This document shows, in pieces, positions 18,594-28,050 of a stretch of 57,676 nt of DNA. Numbering within the stretch: position 1 is the first letter of the stretch; every line of letters begins with the position of its first letter. The position numbers and the translations under genes were made by a program. The notes beneath the pieces are model-generated. The model did not search any database, was not told where the DNA came from, and saw nothing but the letters and a program-made list of their open reading frames with translations. The stretch covers positions 1 through 57,676 of the IMG/VR virus record IMGVR_UViG_3300037760_000045; one strand, given 5' to 3'. Source of the DNA: a virus. Its lineage: Duplodnaviria > Caudoviricetes.

Positions 18594-18640
18594 GAAAGGG
18601 CTGACCCTTACTTACTACAAGTAGGGGTCAGCCCTTTCTT
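18594..18640 (+). terminator. Intrinsic terminator
   Basis: 20-bp stem GAAAGGGCTGACCCTTACTT / AAGTAGGGGTCAGCCCTTTC followed by TT. Confidence 0.8.
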
Positions 18641-18654
18641 CATCTCACGAGGAG

Positions 18655-19776
18655 GTGTCCATGTTCCAGCTACGGACTAGTGAGAGAGGGTCGCTCAAGC
18701 GCTGCCCGCAGCGGTGGTACTGGAGCTATGTTGATGGGCTAGTTCCGATCCGTCCGGCTAACCCATTGTGGTTTGGATCGGCAGTTCATGCTGGGTTAGC
18801 GGATTGGTATCTACCAGGGTTAGAGCGGGGTAGGCACCCGGCAGAGACGTTCGATGAGGCTCTGGAGGGTGACCGTAGTTTCGCGGTGACCAACGAGGAG
18901 GAGGAGAAAGAGTACGCGGATGCCCGTGAACTAGGCATGTCGATGCTTCATCAGTACACAGACTTCTACGGTGAAGATGAGTACTGGGACGTCATCGCTA
19001 CTGAGGAGCCGTTTAGAGTCTGGATTCCGCACCCACAAGACAAGGGCAATAAACGTTGGCTGCGATACGTTGGGACATGGGATGGGGTTATTCGTGATCG
19101 CACTAGCGGAGAGGTATGGCTCTTAGAGCACAAGACAGCGGCGTCGATATCGCCGCTCCACCTACCACTCGATGATCAGGCTGGCGCGTACTGGGCCGTT
19201 GCTACTGCGACTCTGCGAAAGCGTGGCGTTCTGAAGCCTCGCGAAGAGATCGCAGGAATCCTCTACAACTTTCTGCGTAAGGCGTTACCGGATACCCGCC
19301 CAGTTAACGAGAGAGGTGTGCGGACTAACAAGCCGCAGAAGCAGCATTACTTTGATCAGCTGAAAGATGTCCCAGGACTTCCTGTTAATACTGCCTATCT
19401 CGCCAAGATGAAGATCGATGAGATGGAAGAGCTAGCGATTAATGCTGGCATTGTCATCTTAGGTGAGGAGTCTAAGCAACAGCCGCCACCGTTTTTTGAG
19501 CGCTTTCAGATCTACCGTTCACGCGTAGAGCGACGGTACATGATCCAGCGGATTCAGAACGAAGCCGTCTATGCGGAGGCGTGGCGAGCCGGTGACGAGA
19601 GGTTTCCGCTTTACAAGACACCAGTTGCTATGGGTCCGCAGGCGTGCCAGCATCACTGTGCGTTCTATCGCATGTGCCAGCTCCATGAGCAGGGCGACGA
19701 TACATGGATGGAGTTTCGCGACACCATGTTCAATACACAAGACCCGTATGCGGATCATGAGAGGAAGTCTGCATGA
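18655..19776 (+). CDS. Cas4-like PD-(D/E)XK exonuclease
   Basis: RCPQRW, FGSAVHAGL, GTWDGVI...LLEHKT, QAGAY, C-terminal CxxxC...C. Confidence 0.85.
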   Translation: MSMFQLRTSERGSLKRCPQRWYWSYVDGLVPIRPANPLWFGSAVHAGLADWYLPGLERGRHPAETFDEALEGDRSFAVTNEEEEKEYADARELGMSMLHQYTDFYGEDEYWDVIATEEPFRVWIPHPQDKGNKRWLRYVGTWDGVIRDRTSGEVWLLEHKTAASISPLHLPLDDQAGAYWAVATATLRKRGVLKPREEIAGILYNFLRKALPDTRPVNERGVRTNKPQKQHYFDQLKDVPGLPVNTAYLAKMKIDEMEELAINAGIVILGEESKQQPPPFFERFQIYRSRVERRYMIQRIQNEAVYAEAWRAGDERFPLYKTPVAMGPQACQHHCAFYRMCQLHEQGDDTWMEFRDTMFNTQDPYADHERKSA

Positions 19777-19955
19777 AGGCTATGAAGTCTGCCGGTATGG
19801 GGGAGGTACGCAAACTTCGGCAGAGAGTTATCCGGCTACGTGCCATGGAGAGGGTAAGCGAGGAGGATTGTAAGTACATCACGAGGCGCTGCGATGAGAT
19901 TGAGGCTCGCATTGCGTCCATGTTTGAGGATGATCCGAGTGGAAGGGAATTCTAA
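19773..19955 (+). CDS. Hypothetical protein (60 aa)
   Basis: ATGA overlap with the upstream gene and abuts the downstream gene. Confidence 0.6.
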   Translation: MKAMKSAGMGEVRKLRQRVIRLRAMERVSEEDCKYITRRCDEIEARIASMFEDDPSGREF

Positions 19956-20732
19956 GTGCCTATTACAGAGCTAGCAGAAGGATCTGAATATGTGCACATG
20001 GCCGTAGTTGCTTCCAGCGGTTTCGGCAAGACTGTCTTCTGCGGTACTGCCCCGAAGGTCCTTATCCTGAGTACCGATCCTGAAGGTACTTTGTCTGCGA
20101 AGAAAATGGGGAGCAAGGCCAAAGAATGGAAGATCCGTAAGTGGGAGGATCACGAGGACAGCATCACCGAGGCATACAAGTACCTACGGGATGAGGGCTG
20201 TGAAGTCTTTGACTGGGTATGCATCGACAACATCACAGAGGCCCAGCAGCTCGCCAAGGAACGCTGTATGGAGCTAGGTAAAAGCAACAACAGCAAGCTT
20301 GACGAATTCATCCCGACCCCAAACGACTATCAGCGATCGCAGAACATGCTGATTCAGATGGTCAAGAAGTTTCACGATCTCCCCATCAATGTAATCTGGA
20401 CTGCGCACCGTACTGAGAATGAGGATGGAGAGGGGGAGCCATATTATGGTGCAGCTATCCATGGCCAGAAAGGTGCAATAGCGCAACAGGTTCTTGGCTA
20501 CATGAACATTGTGGCCATGGGAGAGGTAATTGAAGGCGAGGATGGCAAGGAGGTTAGAAGGTTCTACTTCACACATCGTGGCCCTTATCGTGGTAAGGAT
20601 CGGTTTATAGTCCTCCTCCCGTACCGGGATGGCTTAGATGTGAGAAGGATGATGCGGATAATCGATTCCGCAGAGGACAAGCCCGTAACCAGGACACAAC
20701 GTCCACGAGCAAAGAGGAAAGCGAATGCCTAG
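19956..20732 (+). CDS. AAA_24 / Sak4-like (RecA-like) ATPase, probable recombinase
   Basis: Walker A SSGFGKT, Walker B VCIDNITE, IWTAH, KDR. Confidence 0.8.
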   Translation: MPITELAEGSEYVHMAVVASSGFGKTVFCGTAPKVLILSTDPEGTLSAKKMGSKAKEWKIRKWEDHEDSITEAYKYLRDEGCEVFDWVCIDNITEAQQLAKERCMELGKSNNSKLDEFIPTPNDYQRSQNMLIQMVKKFHDLPINVIWTAHRTENEDGEGEPYYGAAIHGQKGAIAQQVLGYMNIVAMGEVIEGEDGKEVRRFYFTHRGPYRGKDRFIVLLPYRDGLDVRRMMRIIDSAEDKPVTRTQRPRAKRKANA

Positions 20733-21636
20733 TCTGAAGCGCAATGTCAAGAACGCTCCTGATAGCACCGGCTTTGAGAGCTATGACGGCCAGAATCCGC
20801 CCATGCAAAACAAGATGTATCGCGGGAAGATTGAGGTGGCTCGTGTTCGCGAGGCTGCCACTGGCACGATCGGCATCAACCTTCTCGTTAAGTTTGAGGC
20901 GAAAAAGGGCGACAAGGAGAACGCCAAGTATGACGGCTACCCGGCATGGGTTGACCTGTGGTTAGCGGACAAGGAGCCCAACCAGGCTCGCGAGAAGAAT
21001 TTGTACCGCGCTCTTGGGGTGCCGGACTCAAAGCTGGAGGACGTCAATGTTGTCCACAATGACATCGATGACGGTGGAGAGATCAAGAAGGTTTCCGGAC
21101 GCAACCCCATCGGCCGCGTCGTCATGATTGATATGAAGGTTGACCGGTATGAGGGCGAGAACCGTCTCAAAGGTGACGCCATCTACCCTGTCAAGGATCA
21201 ATCCTCTAAGTCTGTCGCTGAGGAACCAGAAGAGGAGCCGGACGACGAGGACGACCTGATCGAGCCAGATGAAGATGGTGACGTCGACTACGAGGAGCGC
21301 GAAGAGGAGCTGAAGGGTATGGCTCTTGGTGCCCTGCGCAAGCTCGCTAGTGGTGACTACGACATCGAGACCAAGGGCGTAAAGAAGGATGTTCTCGTCA
21401 CGGAGATCCTGACGCAGGAGTACCCGGACAACGGTGAAGAGGAGCCTGAGGATGAGGAGGATGACGAGAAGGTCAGCGCCGAAGATCTTCGCGGCATGAC
21501 CCTCTCAAAGGTGAAAGCGTTCGCGAAGGAGAACGCGGACTACACCGACGCCGATCTGAAGGGTGAAAAGAAGGCCGACATCATCGATCTGCTGATCGAA
21601 GACGAGATCATCGAGTCGGATGAGCCGCCCTTCTAA
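20725..21636 (+). CDS. SSB-like protein with acidic linkers, two Rho-N/HeH-like repeats and a ...DEPPF tail
   Basis: Beta-rich N-domain after a Sak4-like gene; repeats ELKGMALGALRKLA...KKDVLVTEIL and DLRGMTLSKVKAFA...KKADIIDLL; acidic Pro-Phe C-terminus. Confidence 0.65.
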   Translation: MPSLKRNVKNAPDSTGFESYDGQNPPMQNKMYRGKIEVARVREAATGTIGINLLVKFEAKKGDKENAKYDGYPAWVDLWLADKEPNQAREKNLYRALGVPDSKLEDVNVVHNDIDDGGEIKKVSGRNPIGRVVMIDMKVDRYEGENRLKGDAIYPVKDQSSKSVAEEPEEEPDDEDDLIEPDEDGDVDYEEREEELKGMALGALRKLASGDYDIETKGVKKDVLVTEILTQEYPDNGEEEPEDEEDDEKVSAEDLRGMTLSKVKAFAKENADYTDADLKGEKKADIIDLLIEDEIIESDEPPF

Positions 21637-21643
21637 ATCTGTG

Positions 21644-21802
21644 CCTCTCCAGCCCGAGGTTTGCCCGAGACGGCCTAACGGGGCCGTCCGGGACTCGGGT
21701 ACCAGGATGAAATCTAAGGGCTTAGAGACGCGCCTAGGGCTTCAGCCGCTAGGATAGGCCGGACCGGACGCCTTTCAGGCTAGTAGGGGAAATGAGGAGG
21801 GC
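21644..21802 (+). ncRNA. Candidate structured RNA / multi-hairpin element
   Basis: Hairpins 21652-21700, 21713-21726, 21733-21753 and 21770-21780 in an ORF-free gap. Confidence 0.45.
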
Positions 21803-21805
21803 TTT

Positions 21806-21942
21806 TAGATGTTCATAGATGTTTGGATAGGTGTTAGCAAGATCCCAGATAGATGTTAATAGATGTTTCACCCTTAGCACAAACATCTATAACACCTTTA
21901 AAAGATCTTGTTAACATCTATCCAAACACCTATAAACATCTA
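21806..21942. repeat. Palindromic octamer array 1 (5x TAGRTGTT then 5x AACAYCTA), candidate replication origin
   Basis: Forward copies at 21806, 21816, 21828, 21850, 21860; reverse copies at 21882, 21891 (degenerate), 21913, 21925, 21935; AT-rich; upstream of the primase-helicase gene. Confidence 0.85.
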
Positions 21943-22016
21943 TCTCTCTTATTTTCTGACTAGAGTGTTATAGGGGTAGTACGGGCGGTAATTAGAATTA
22001 CTAGCCGGAGGTGCAT

Positions 22017-24905
22017 ATGGCACAGGAGAAAAAGTACAAAGCGGAAACGGTGCGCAATGCATTCCGGCGATACTTTGTTGGTGAAGAGAATGACACAGGC
22101 GAGCAGCGCGCATACTGCCCGCTCTGCGAAGATCCAGATAGCTCTCACTCTCCTTCGGCATCGTTCAATGCTGACTCAGGACTATGGCATTGCATGAAGA
22201 CCGAGCACGGAGGTTCAATCTACAATCTCGTGCAGACCATGAAGAGCGAGCACGGTTTCAATCTACGTTCCGCAGCTATGGCCGGACGGCACCAAGACCC
22301 GAAGTTTTCTTCGCAGATAAATCGCAATCTGAAGAAGTCCGCGAAGCGGCAGGGCACCACCTCGCTCCCATCGCGGGAGCAGATTACAAAATGGCATGAG
22401 CGGTTACTGGCGAACGATCGGGTGCTGAGTAAACTCAGAGATGCACGAGGGCTGCAGGACAAAACCCTCAAACATTTTGAGATCGGCTGGGATGGACAGC
22501 GGTATACATTCCCCATCTACGATGGCGATGGAGATCTTGTAAACGTCCGCCGCTACAAGATGAACGCCAAGAAATCCAGCGAAAAGATGCTCAATGTCAC
22601 AGGTCATGGGACTGCGCGGATCTACGGGATGGATGATTTGGAGGAGTACGGCGACATAGTTCTCACCGAAGGTGAGCCTGATCGCGTACTTGTCTGGCAG
22701 GAGTTGCAGGGCGAGAATGTTGGTGTGGTAACCCACACAGCAGGAGCTGGATTCTTCAATCCGCAGTGGGGCGCGCTCTTCAAAGGCAAGCGAGTATGGA
22801 TATGCTATGACGCTGATGACACGGGGAAGCGGGGCATAGCCAAAGTCTCCAAGATTCTCAAGCCATTTGCAGTGGATATCTTCGCCATAGACATCCCACT
22901 CAAAGAGACAGGTGCAGACGCCACAGATTTCCTTCATGGAGCTGGCCATACCGGCCAGGATTTCCGCGACCTCATGCGGTTCGCAGAGGAACGGGCGAAC
23001 GGTAAACTGGCTGGTGAGATTCCTACTTCTGGGCAGAAAGTTTCGCTTTTAGAATCCATGTCGCAAGATAACCAGAATGAGGTTCTTGAGCTAGTCGTCT
23101 CGATCTCAGGCAAGCAGAGCGAGCCATATACTGCCCCCAAGATTATTGAGGCCAACTGCGATGTTAGCAAGGGGCCAGCGTGTACATACTGCCCGCTCTC
23201 GGCACAGAATGGTTCGATGCGTATTGAGCTGCGCCAGGACGATAATCAGCTGTTCCGGTTCGTGGACGCGCCAGAGGCGCGACGTCGTAGCCTCATGCGA
23301 GAGATCACAGGAGCCAGGTGTAACGACCGTATTGACTATGATGTGGCGGAGAGTTACCACATTGAAGAACTTCTGGTACAGCCGTCTGTCGATGAGCGAC
23401 GTGAGGATGAGACGGAGAGGCCAACGCACCGTACCCTGTTCTCGGTATCGACACATAGGTCTGCAGTCAACGAGAAACATAAGCTGATAGGGCGAAATAC
23501 AATTGACCCTAAGTCTGGCCGATTGCGGTTTATTGCGTGGGGGAATAACACAGTTGAGCTGGACATTGATAAGTTTAAGCTCACCCCTGAGATTCGTTCG
23601 CAGCTTAAGAAATTTCAGCCATCTCATGATCAAATGCCGCTTGATAAATGCTTAGAGATAGCGGGAGATCTTGTCACGAATGTGACTCATATATTCGAGC
23701 GAGATCTACTCCATGTCTGCTACGACCTCGTATGGCATAGCGTCCAGAGCTTCCGCATTGGAGACTCTACGGAGGACAAGGGCTGGTTAGAATGCCTGGT
23801 GGTGGGGGATACCCGGACAGGTAAATCTGAGATTGCGAAACGACTCATACGCCACTACAACTCTGGGCAGCTCCTCTCTTGCGAGGGTATGAGCTTCGCG
23901 GGGATTGTAGGAGGAGTCCAGCAGATCGATGGGCGATGGCATCTTACATGGGGCGCGGTACCAATGAACGATCGTCGGCTGGTAATCTTGGATGAGGTAT
24001 CTGGATTGCGAGACAACATCATAGATCAGATGAGCTCAATTCGCTCTTCTGGTATCGCCCAGATTACAAAGATCTCCTCTGAGCAGACGTCGGCTCGCAC
24101 CCGGCTCATCTGGGTGTCTAACCCTGCTGATGGGTCAATGATTGCGGACTCGCCGAACGTCGGCATGGGAGCATTACGCAGCGTTGTACCGAACGCAGAG
24201 GACATAGCCAGGTTTGACTTTGTGACTGCGACTGCGCAAGGGGAGGTACCGGTTACGGTTATGAACAGCGACTACTCACCGCTGTATGACCCCTCATATA
24301 CCTCTGAGGAGTGCGAGATGTTGATTAAGTGGGCATGGTCGCTGACTAAGAATGACGTGGTCATATCGGAGAAAGCCGACAAGACTTCACGGGAACTCGC
24401 AGAACAATTAGGTAAGCGATACATACCAGACCCACCGCTGATTCAGGCTGAGAACGTTCGCGTGAAGCTCCTGCGCATCGCAGCCGCTATTGCCGCTAGA
24501 ACCTTCTCTGCCAACAAGGCTGGAAAGCTAGTAGTCAACGCAGAGCATGTACACGATGCGATGAGATTCTTGGACATGATTTATGCCCAGGAATCGATGG
24601 GCTATGGTCGGATGTCCCAGCGCGCTATTCGCGCCACGACGATGGCCCGCGAACGGAAAGAAGTATGTAAGAGCTACCTACTGGAACACAAGGATGATGT
24701 GCTTCAGACGTTGCGCATGGTCGGTGGATCGACGTTTCGTAATAGGGACTTTGAAGAGTTTGGCGCGATGTCTCGTGATGAGAGTCACATTACAGTGAGC
24801 GCTCTCCTGAAGATGAAAATGGTACACCGTAAGACACGAGGAGATATTGGTATGAATCCGACTCTCTTAGAGATACTGAGAGAGCTGGAAGATGAGGAGG
24901 AGTAA
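22017..24905 (+). CDS. DNA primase-helicase: Zn-finger + TOPRIM + MCM-like AAA+ domain
   Basis: CPLC...WHC; TEGEPD, CYDADDTG, DATD; VGDTRTGKSE, ILDEV, SARTRLI, ARFD; internal C...CTYC motif. Confidence 0.9.
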   Translation: MAQEKKYKAETVRNAFRRYFVGEENDTGEQRAYCPLCEDPDSSHSPSASFNADSGLWHCMKTEHGGSIYNLVQTMKSEHGFNLRSAAMAGRHQDPKFSSQINRNLKKSAKRQGTTSLPSREQITKWHERLLANDRVLSKLRDARGLQDKTLKHFEIGWDGQRYTFPIYDGDGDLVNVRRYKMNAKKSSEKMLNVTGHGTARIYGMDDLEEYGDIVLTEGEPDRVLVWQELQGENVGVVTHTAGAGFFNPQWGALFKGKRVWICYDADDTGKRGIAKVSKILKPFAVDIFAIDIPLKETGADATDFLHGAGHTGQDFRDLMRFAEERANGKLAGEIPTSGQKVSLLESMSQDNQNEVLELVVSISGKQSEPYTAPKIIEANCDVSKGPACTYCPLSAQNGSMRIELRQDDNQLFRFVDAPEARRRSLMREITGARCNDRIDYDVAESYHIEELLVQPSVDERREDETERPTHRTLFSVSTHRSAVNEKHKLIGRNTIDPKSGRLRFIAWGNNTVELDIDKFKLTPEIRSQLKKFQPSHDQMPLDKCLEIAGDLVTNVTHIFERDLLHVCYDLVWHSVQSFRIGDSTEDKGWLECLVVGDTRTGKSEIAKRLIRHYNSGQLLSCEGMSFAGIVGGVQQIDGRWHLTWGAVPMNDRRLVILDEVSGLRDNIIDQMSSIRSSGIAQITKISSEQTSARTRLIWVSNPADGSMIADSPNVGMGALRSVVPNAEDIARFDFVTATAQGEVPVTVMNSDYSPLYDPSYTSEECEMLIKWAWSLTKNDVVISEKADKTSRELAEQLGKRYIPDPPLIQAENVRVKLLRIAAAIAARTFSANKAGKLVVNAEHVHDAMRFLDMIYAQESMGYGRMSQRAIRATTMARERKEVCKSYLLEHKDDVLQTLRMVGGSTFRNRDFEEFGAMSRDESHITVSALLKMKMVHRKTRGDIGMNPTLLEILRELEDEEE

Positions 24906-25072
24906 TGAAACTCATAGATGCTTTTGCTGATTGGCTAGAATCTTGGGCAAGAGATCTCGCGGCTAAGATGGAGCGAAAAGAGCTAGACGCCTACCACCGG
25001 GGCCTAGAGGAGGGGCGCGAAATTGAGCGCCTCTATCTGGAGGCCAAACATGATTCCATGAAGGAGGAGTAA
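24905..25072 (+). CDS. Hypothetical protein (55 aa)
   Basis: TAATG coupling at both ends, GAGGAGG RBS; MKLIDAFADWLESWARD... Confidence 0.65.
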   Translation: MKLIDAFADWLESWARDLAAKMERKELDAYHRGLEEGREIERLYLEAKHDSMKEE

Positions 25073-25338
25073 TGCCGGATACCCGGATTGTCTATGGAAT
25101 GTGCACGTGGTGGGACTCGATTGACAAAGTCGCCAAAGCCCCATCAGGTCTACCGATCTGCCCATATTGCAGGTCTCCACTTATGGAGGTCCCAAGCGAG
25201 GAGGAGTGGTGGAAACAGGTAAATTCTCACGCAATCAAATACAGGGGATATCGAGAATTCATAGAGTGGTTGCGAGGTAAATGTTTCCCTAACTTTCTGG
25301 TGGCCGAGGACGCTTACCGGAATAGACCAGAGACATGA
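25072..25338 (+). CDS. Hypothetical Cys-containing protein
   Basis: CTWW, CPYC; coupled, with RBS. Confidence 0.7.
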   Translation: MPDTRIVYGMCTWWDSIDKVAKAPSGLPICPYCRSPLMEVPSEEEWWKQVNSHAIKYRGYREFIEWLRGKCFPNFLVAEDAYRNRPET

Positions 25339-25889
25339 TCACATATCTCACAATGAAAGGCTATGGCTCAACGGCTAAGACTCTGCATGATGATCTCCTA
25401 GAGTTGCAGCGAGAGGATGTCATGGCGCTTGTGGACGCGCTGACTCTCGATGAGTCATCTGATATTGTTCCGGAAAATGACCCGGTTCGATTCATGTGGA
25501 GCGGCTATGAGTATGCGTTATGCATCTATGGGATGTTCCTCTGTCATGAGTGGACTATCCGTGGTAACCGGTGCAAGATCTTCTGGGAACTTAAACACGC
25601 GTTGGATGAGCTAGGCGATAGCTATATGGCGCCACCGTGGTCAAAGGATCTCGATGTCATACGTTCCCATAGAAGTAATCTCATGCGAGAGCTGCCGAAG
25701 CTCTATTCAAAGACATTCAAGGGCACCCCGCCCAATATGCCATACTTATGGCCAGCTAACGCTTGGGATGTCAAGACATGGGAGCCTATGGGCTATGACC
25801 TACGGCTCAGCAAAGAAGACAAGGCGCTACTAGAGGCAGGCGAACGTCACTTGCCTAAGCGGATACGAGAGAGGATTGTGAACTTATAA
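25335..25889 (+). CDS. MSMEG_6728-like / pyrimidine-dimer DNA glycosylase (endonuclease V)-like protein
   Basis: PVRFMWSGYEYALCIYG...EWTIRG, PPW, SHRSNL, PYLWP match the family pattern; N-terminus is divergent. Confidence 0.7.
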   Translation: MITYLTMKGYGSTAKTLHDDLLELQREDVMALVDALTLDESSDIVPENDPVRFMWSGYEYALCIYGMFLCHEWTIRGNRCKIFWELKHALDELGDSYMAPPWSKDLDVIRSHRSNLMRELPKLYSKTFKGTPPNMPYLWPANAWDVKTWEPMGYDLRLSKEDKALLEAGERHLPKRIRERIVNL

Positions 25890-26086
25890 TGGAACCAGAC
25901 ACAAGCAATGACTTCATGATCGGTAGCAACGGGGTTGCAATAGGCACTCTGTTGCCTATGGTTATTACTTCCAAGCAGCAGGCGTACCGAACAGCCGCAT
26001 ATATCAAACTCATGGCGGCGACCCTACCGGATGAACCAGGTGATCACTCCTACGAGGAGATAGAGGAGGCGATCAAGAACACATGA
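25889..26086 (+). CDS. Hypothetical protein (65 aa)
   Basis: Translationally coupled ORF. Confidence 0.65.
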   Translation: MEPDTSNDFMIGSNGVAIGTLLPMVITSKQQAYRTAAYIKLMAATLPDEPGDHSYEEIEEAIKNT

Positions 26087-26262
26087 TGAGCGCATGGGAT
26101 GACTACAAGGGGGCCGTAGCCAAGAGCGCGAAACATATGCGGCTGGCAGATGGCGGGGTAGATAGGGGCGAGTTTGATTGGCATATCAAACAGGCGGAGG
26201 TTTGGGCAACTCTCGCTCTGGCTCACGCGACGGCAGCGACCGCAAGGCAGGAGGATAAGTGA
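26083..26262 (+). CDS. Hypothetical protein (59 aa)
   Basis: ATGA and GTGA overlaps; MMSAWDDYKGAV...; absent from the ORF track. Confidence 0.6.
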   Translation: MMSAWDDYKGAVAKSAKHMRLADGGVDRGEFDWHIKQAEVWATLALAHATAATARQEDK

Positions 26263-26648
26263 AGGATCGGCATGGCCCAAATAACCCTAATTGGAAGGGC
26301 GGGCGCTCACAAACGTATGTTAGCAATTTGTACTCTGTAGAGGGCAAACTATGTGAGCGTTGTGGGGCTGATGAAGATATTGTCAGGCATCACAAGGATG
26401 AAGATCGAGCCAACAATGATCAGTCCAATATTGAGATCTTATGTCGCGGATGCCATAGTAGTCATCACCATAAGGGGAAGTCGAAGAATTGGACTTCTGA
26501 AGGATTAGCTAGATTATCAGCAGCCAGCAGCGGCAACAAGTATTGGGTTGGTAAAAGACATTCAGATAAATCTAAACTTAAGATGGGAAGATCGCAAAAG
26601 AAGGTCGCATCCAATAGACGACGTGATGCATTAGGCAGGTGGGCGTAG
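26259..26648 (+). CDS. HNH endonuclease with NUMOD3-like tail
   Basis: CERC, HHKDEDRANN...N...LCRGCH; GNKYWVGKRHSDKSKLKM; visibly more AT-rich. Confidence 0.85.
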   Translation: MKDRHGPNNPNWKGGRSQTYVSNLYSVEGKLCERCGADEDIVRHHKDEDRANNDQSNIEILCRGCHSSHHHKGKSKNWTSEGLARLSAASSGNKYWVGKRHSDKSKLKMGRSQKKVASNRRRDALGRWA

Positions 26649-27428
26649 ATGCGTGCTCTGATACTTGGCTGCGGACCGGCAGGACTGATGAGCGCCCATG
26701 CTGCTGTTCGCAGTGGAGCCGATATTGAGATCCTTTCGCTCAAGCGGAAGAGCCCATTGCGAGGCGCGCAATATCTCCATCACAAAATCCCAGGGACGCC
26801 CGCCTATGAGATCTGGATCTCGTATCAGATGACAGGTACGCCCGCTGTCTATAGAGACAAGGTATACGGCCCAGAGAGCGACGTACGCGTGTCCCCTGAG
26901 TCCCTGTTGGGGGAGACTAGGGCGTGGGATATTAGGGCCGTATACGACCGTCTATGGGCGCTCTATGGGTACAACGTCAAACGATGGGAGGCCGATCCTG
27001 AAGCGCTGCAGAATGCTATGGGTAGGTTCATGCCTGATGTTGTGATCTCAACTATCCCTGCCTACCTCCTTTGTAAAGGAGGGCACAACTTTGACTCCGT
27101 GTCAGTATTGGTGAGTGAGGACGCGCCGGATATCCCGATCGAGTATGACAATACGGTTGTGTGCTCTGGGCGACCTGAGCATACATGGTACCGACAAAGC
27201 CGGATCTGTGGATGGGAGAATACAGAGTACGCACCGAGGAATCTATTCGGGAAGCTGCAGACTAATGATCTGAAGCTAGTTAGAGTTACCAAGCCTCTGT
27301 CTACTGATTGCAATTGCTTCCCTGAGGTAGTCCGCATGGGCCGGTATGGACGCTGGGAGAAAGGCGTGCTGTCAGATACGGCATATAGAGACACGGAGCT
27401 ATTAGTTAGAGGAGGAGAACATGACTAG
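26649..27428 (+). CDS. FAD/NAD(P)-binding oxidoreductase-like protein
   Basis: Rossmann motif LILGCGPAGL; GAQYLH; VISTIP; C-terminal GRYGRW. Confidence 0.8.
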   Translation: MRALILGCGPAGLMSAHAAVRSGADIEILSLKRKSPLRGAQYLHHKIPGTPAYEIWISYQMTGTPAVYRDKVYGPESDVRVSPESLLGETRAWDIRAVYDRLWALYGYNVKRWEADPEALQNAMGRFMPDVVISTIPAYLLCKGGHNFDSVSVLVSEDAPDIPIEYDNTVVCSGRPEHTWYRQSRICGWENTEYAPRNLFGKLQTNDLKLVRVTKPLSTDCNCFPEVVRMGRYGRWEKGVLSDTAYRDTELLVRGGEHD

Positions 27429-28050
27429 AATCCACCCGTTAGCACCAGTAGTGGCCATAGACATAGATGGTACTTTAGGTGCATATCACGATCACTTTAC
27501 TTGGTTTGCTGAATTGTATCTTCAAAGTTCACTATCTCCTGTCTATCGTAACTCTGACGAGGGCGAGTTTAGTAATGCTCTCGATCTTGATAAGCGTGTG
27601 TACCGGGACATCAAGCTCGCATACCGGCAAGGCGGTATGAAGCGTTCCATGCCGGTATTCAAGAATGCCAGGAAATCCATAGAGGCAATACGTGCAGACA
27701 ATATTGCAGTATGGATCACGACAACACGGCCATGGAACCGTCTCGACAACATCGATCCAGATACGCAGTTCTGGATTAACCGGAACATTGGCAAGGTTGA
27801 TGGAGTCGTCTACGGTGAGGACAAGTACCTAGATCTGATCGATATCGTCGGGCGCGAACGGATCTTAGGAGTGGTCGATGACATCCCTGAGAACGTTGAT
27901 AGGGCATCTTCATTAGGGCTGCGGAGGGTGCTCATGGATGGTCCGCACAATCTCTGGTACAAAGGGCGGGCACCCCGTATCCAGTCCGCAGTCGAGATCT
28001 ACAATGTGGTATCTAAATACTGGATCGACGGAAAGGAATACCAGCCATGA
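27421..28050 (+). CDS. HAD-superfamily phosphatase (deoxyribonucleotidase-like)
   Basis: DIDGTL, ITTTRP, K, VVDD motifs I-IV. Confidence 0.85.
   Translation: MTRIHPLAPVVAIDIDGTLGAYHDHFTWFAELYLQSSLSPVYRNSDEGEFSNALDLDKRVYRDIKLAYRQGGMKRSMPVFKNARKSIEAIRADNIAVWITTTRPWNRLDNIDPDTQFWINRNIGKVDGVVYGEDKYLDLIDIVGRERILGVVDDIPENVDRASSLGLRRVLMDGPHNLWYKGRAPRIQSAVEIYNVVSKYWIDGKEYQP

Noticed and set aside
21806-21942. CRISPR array (a Cas4-like gene is nearby)
   Set aside because: Repeats are only 8 nt, inverted about a centre, with very short spacers; stand-alone Cas4-like nucleases are common in phages and no other cas genes are present
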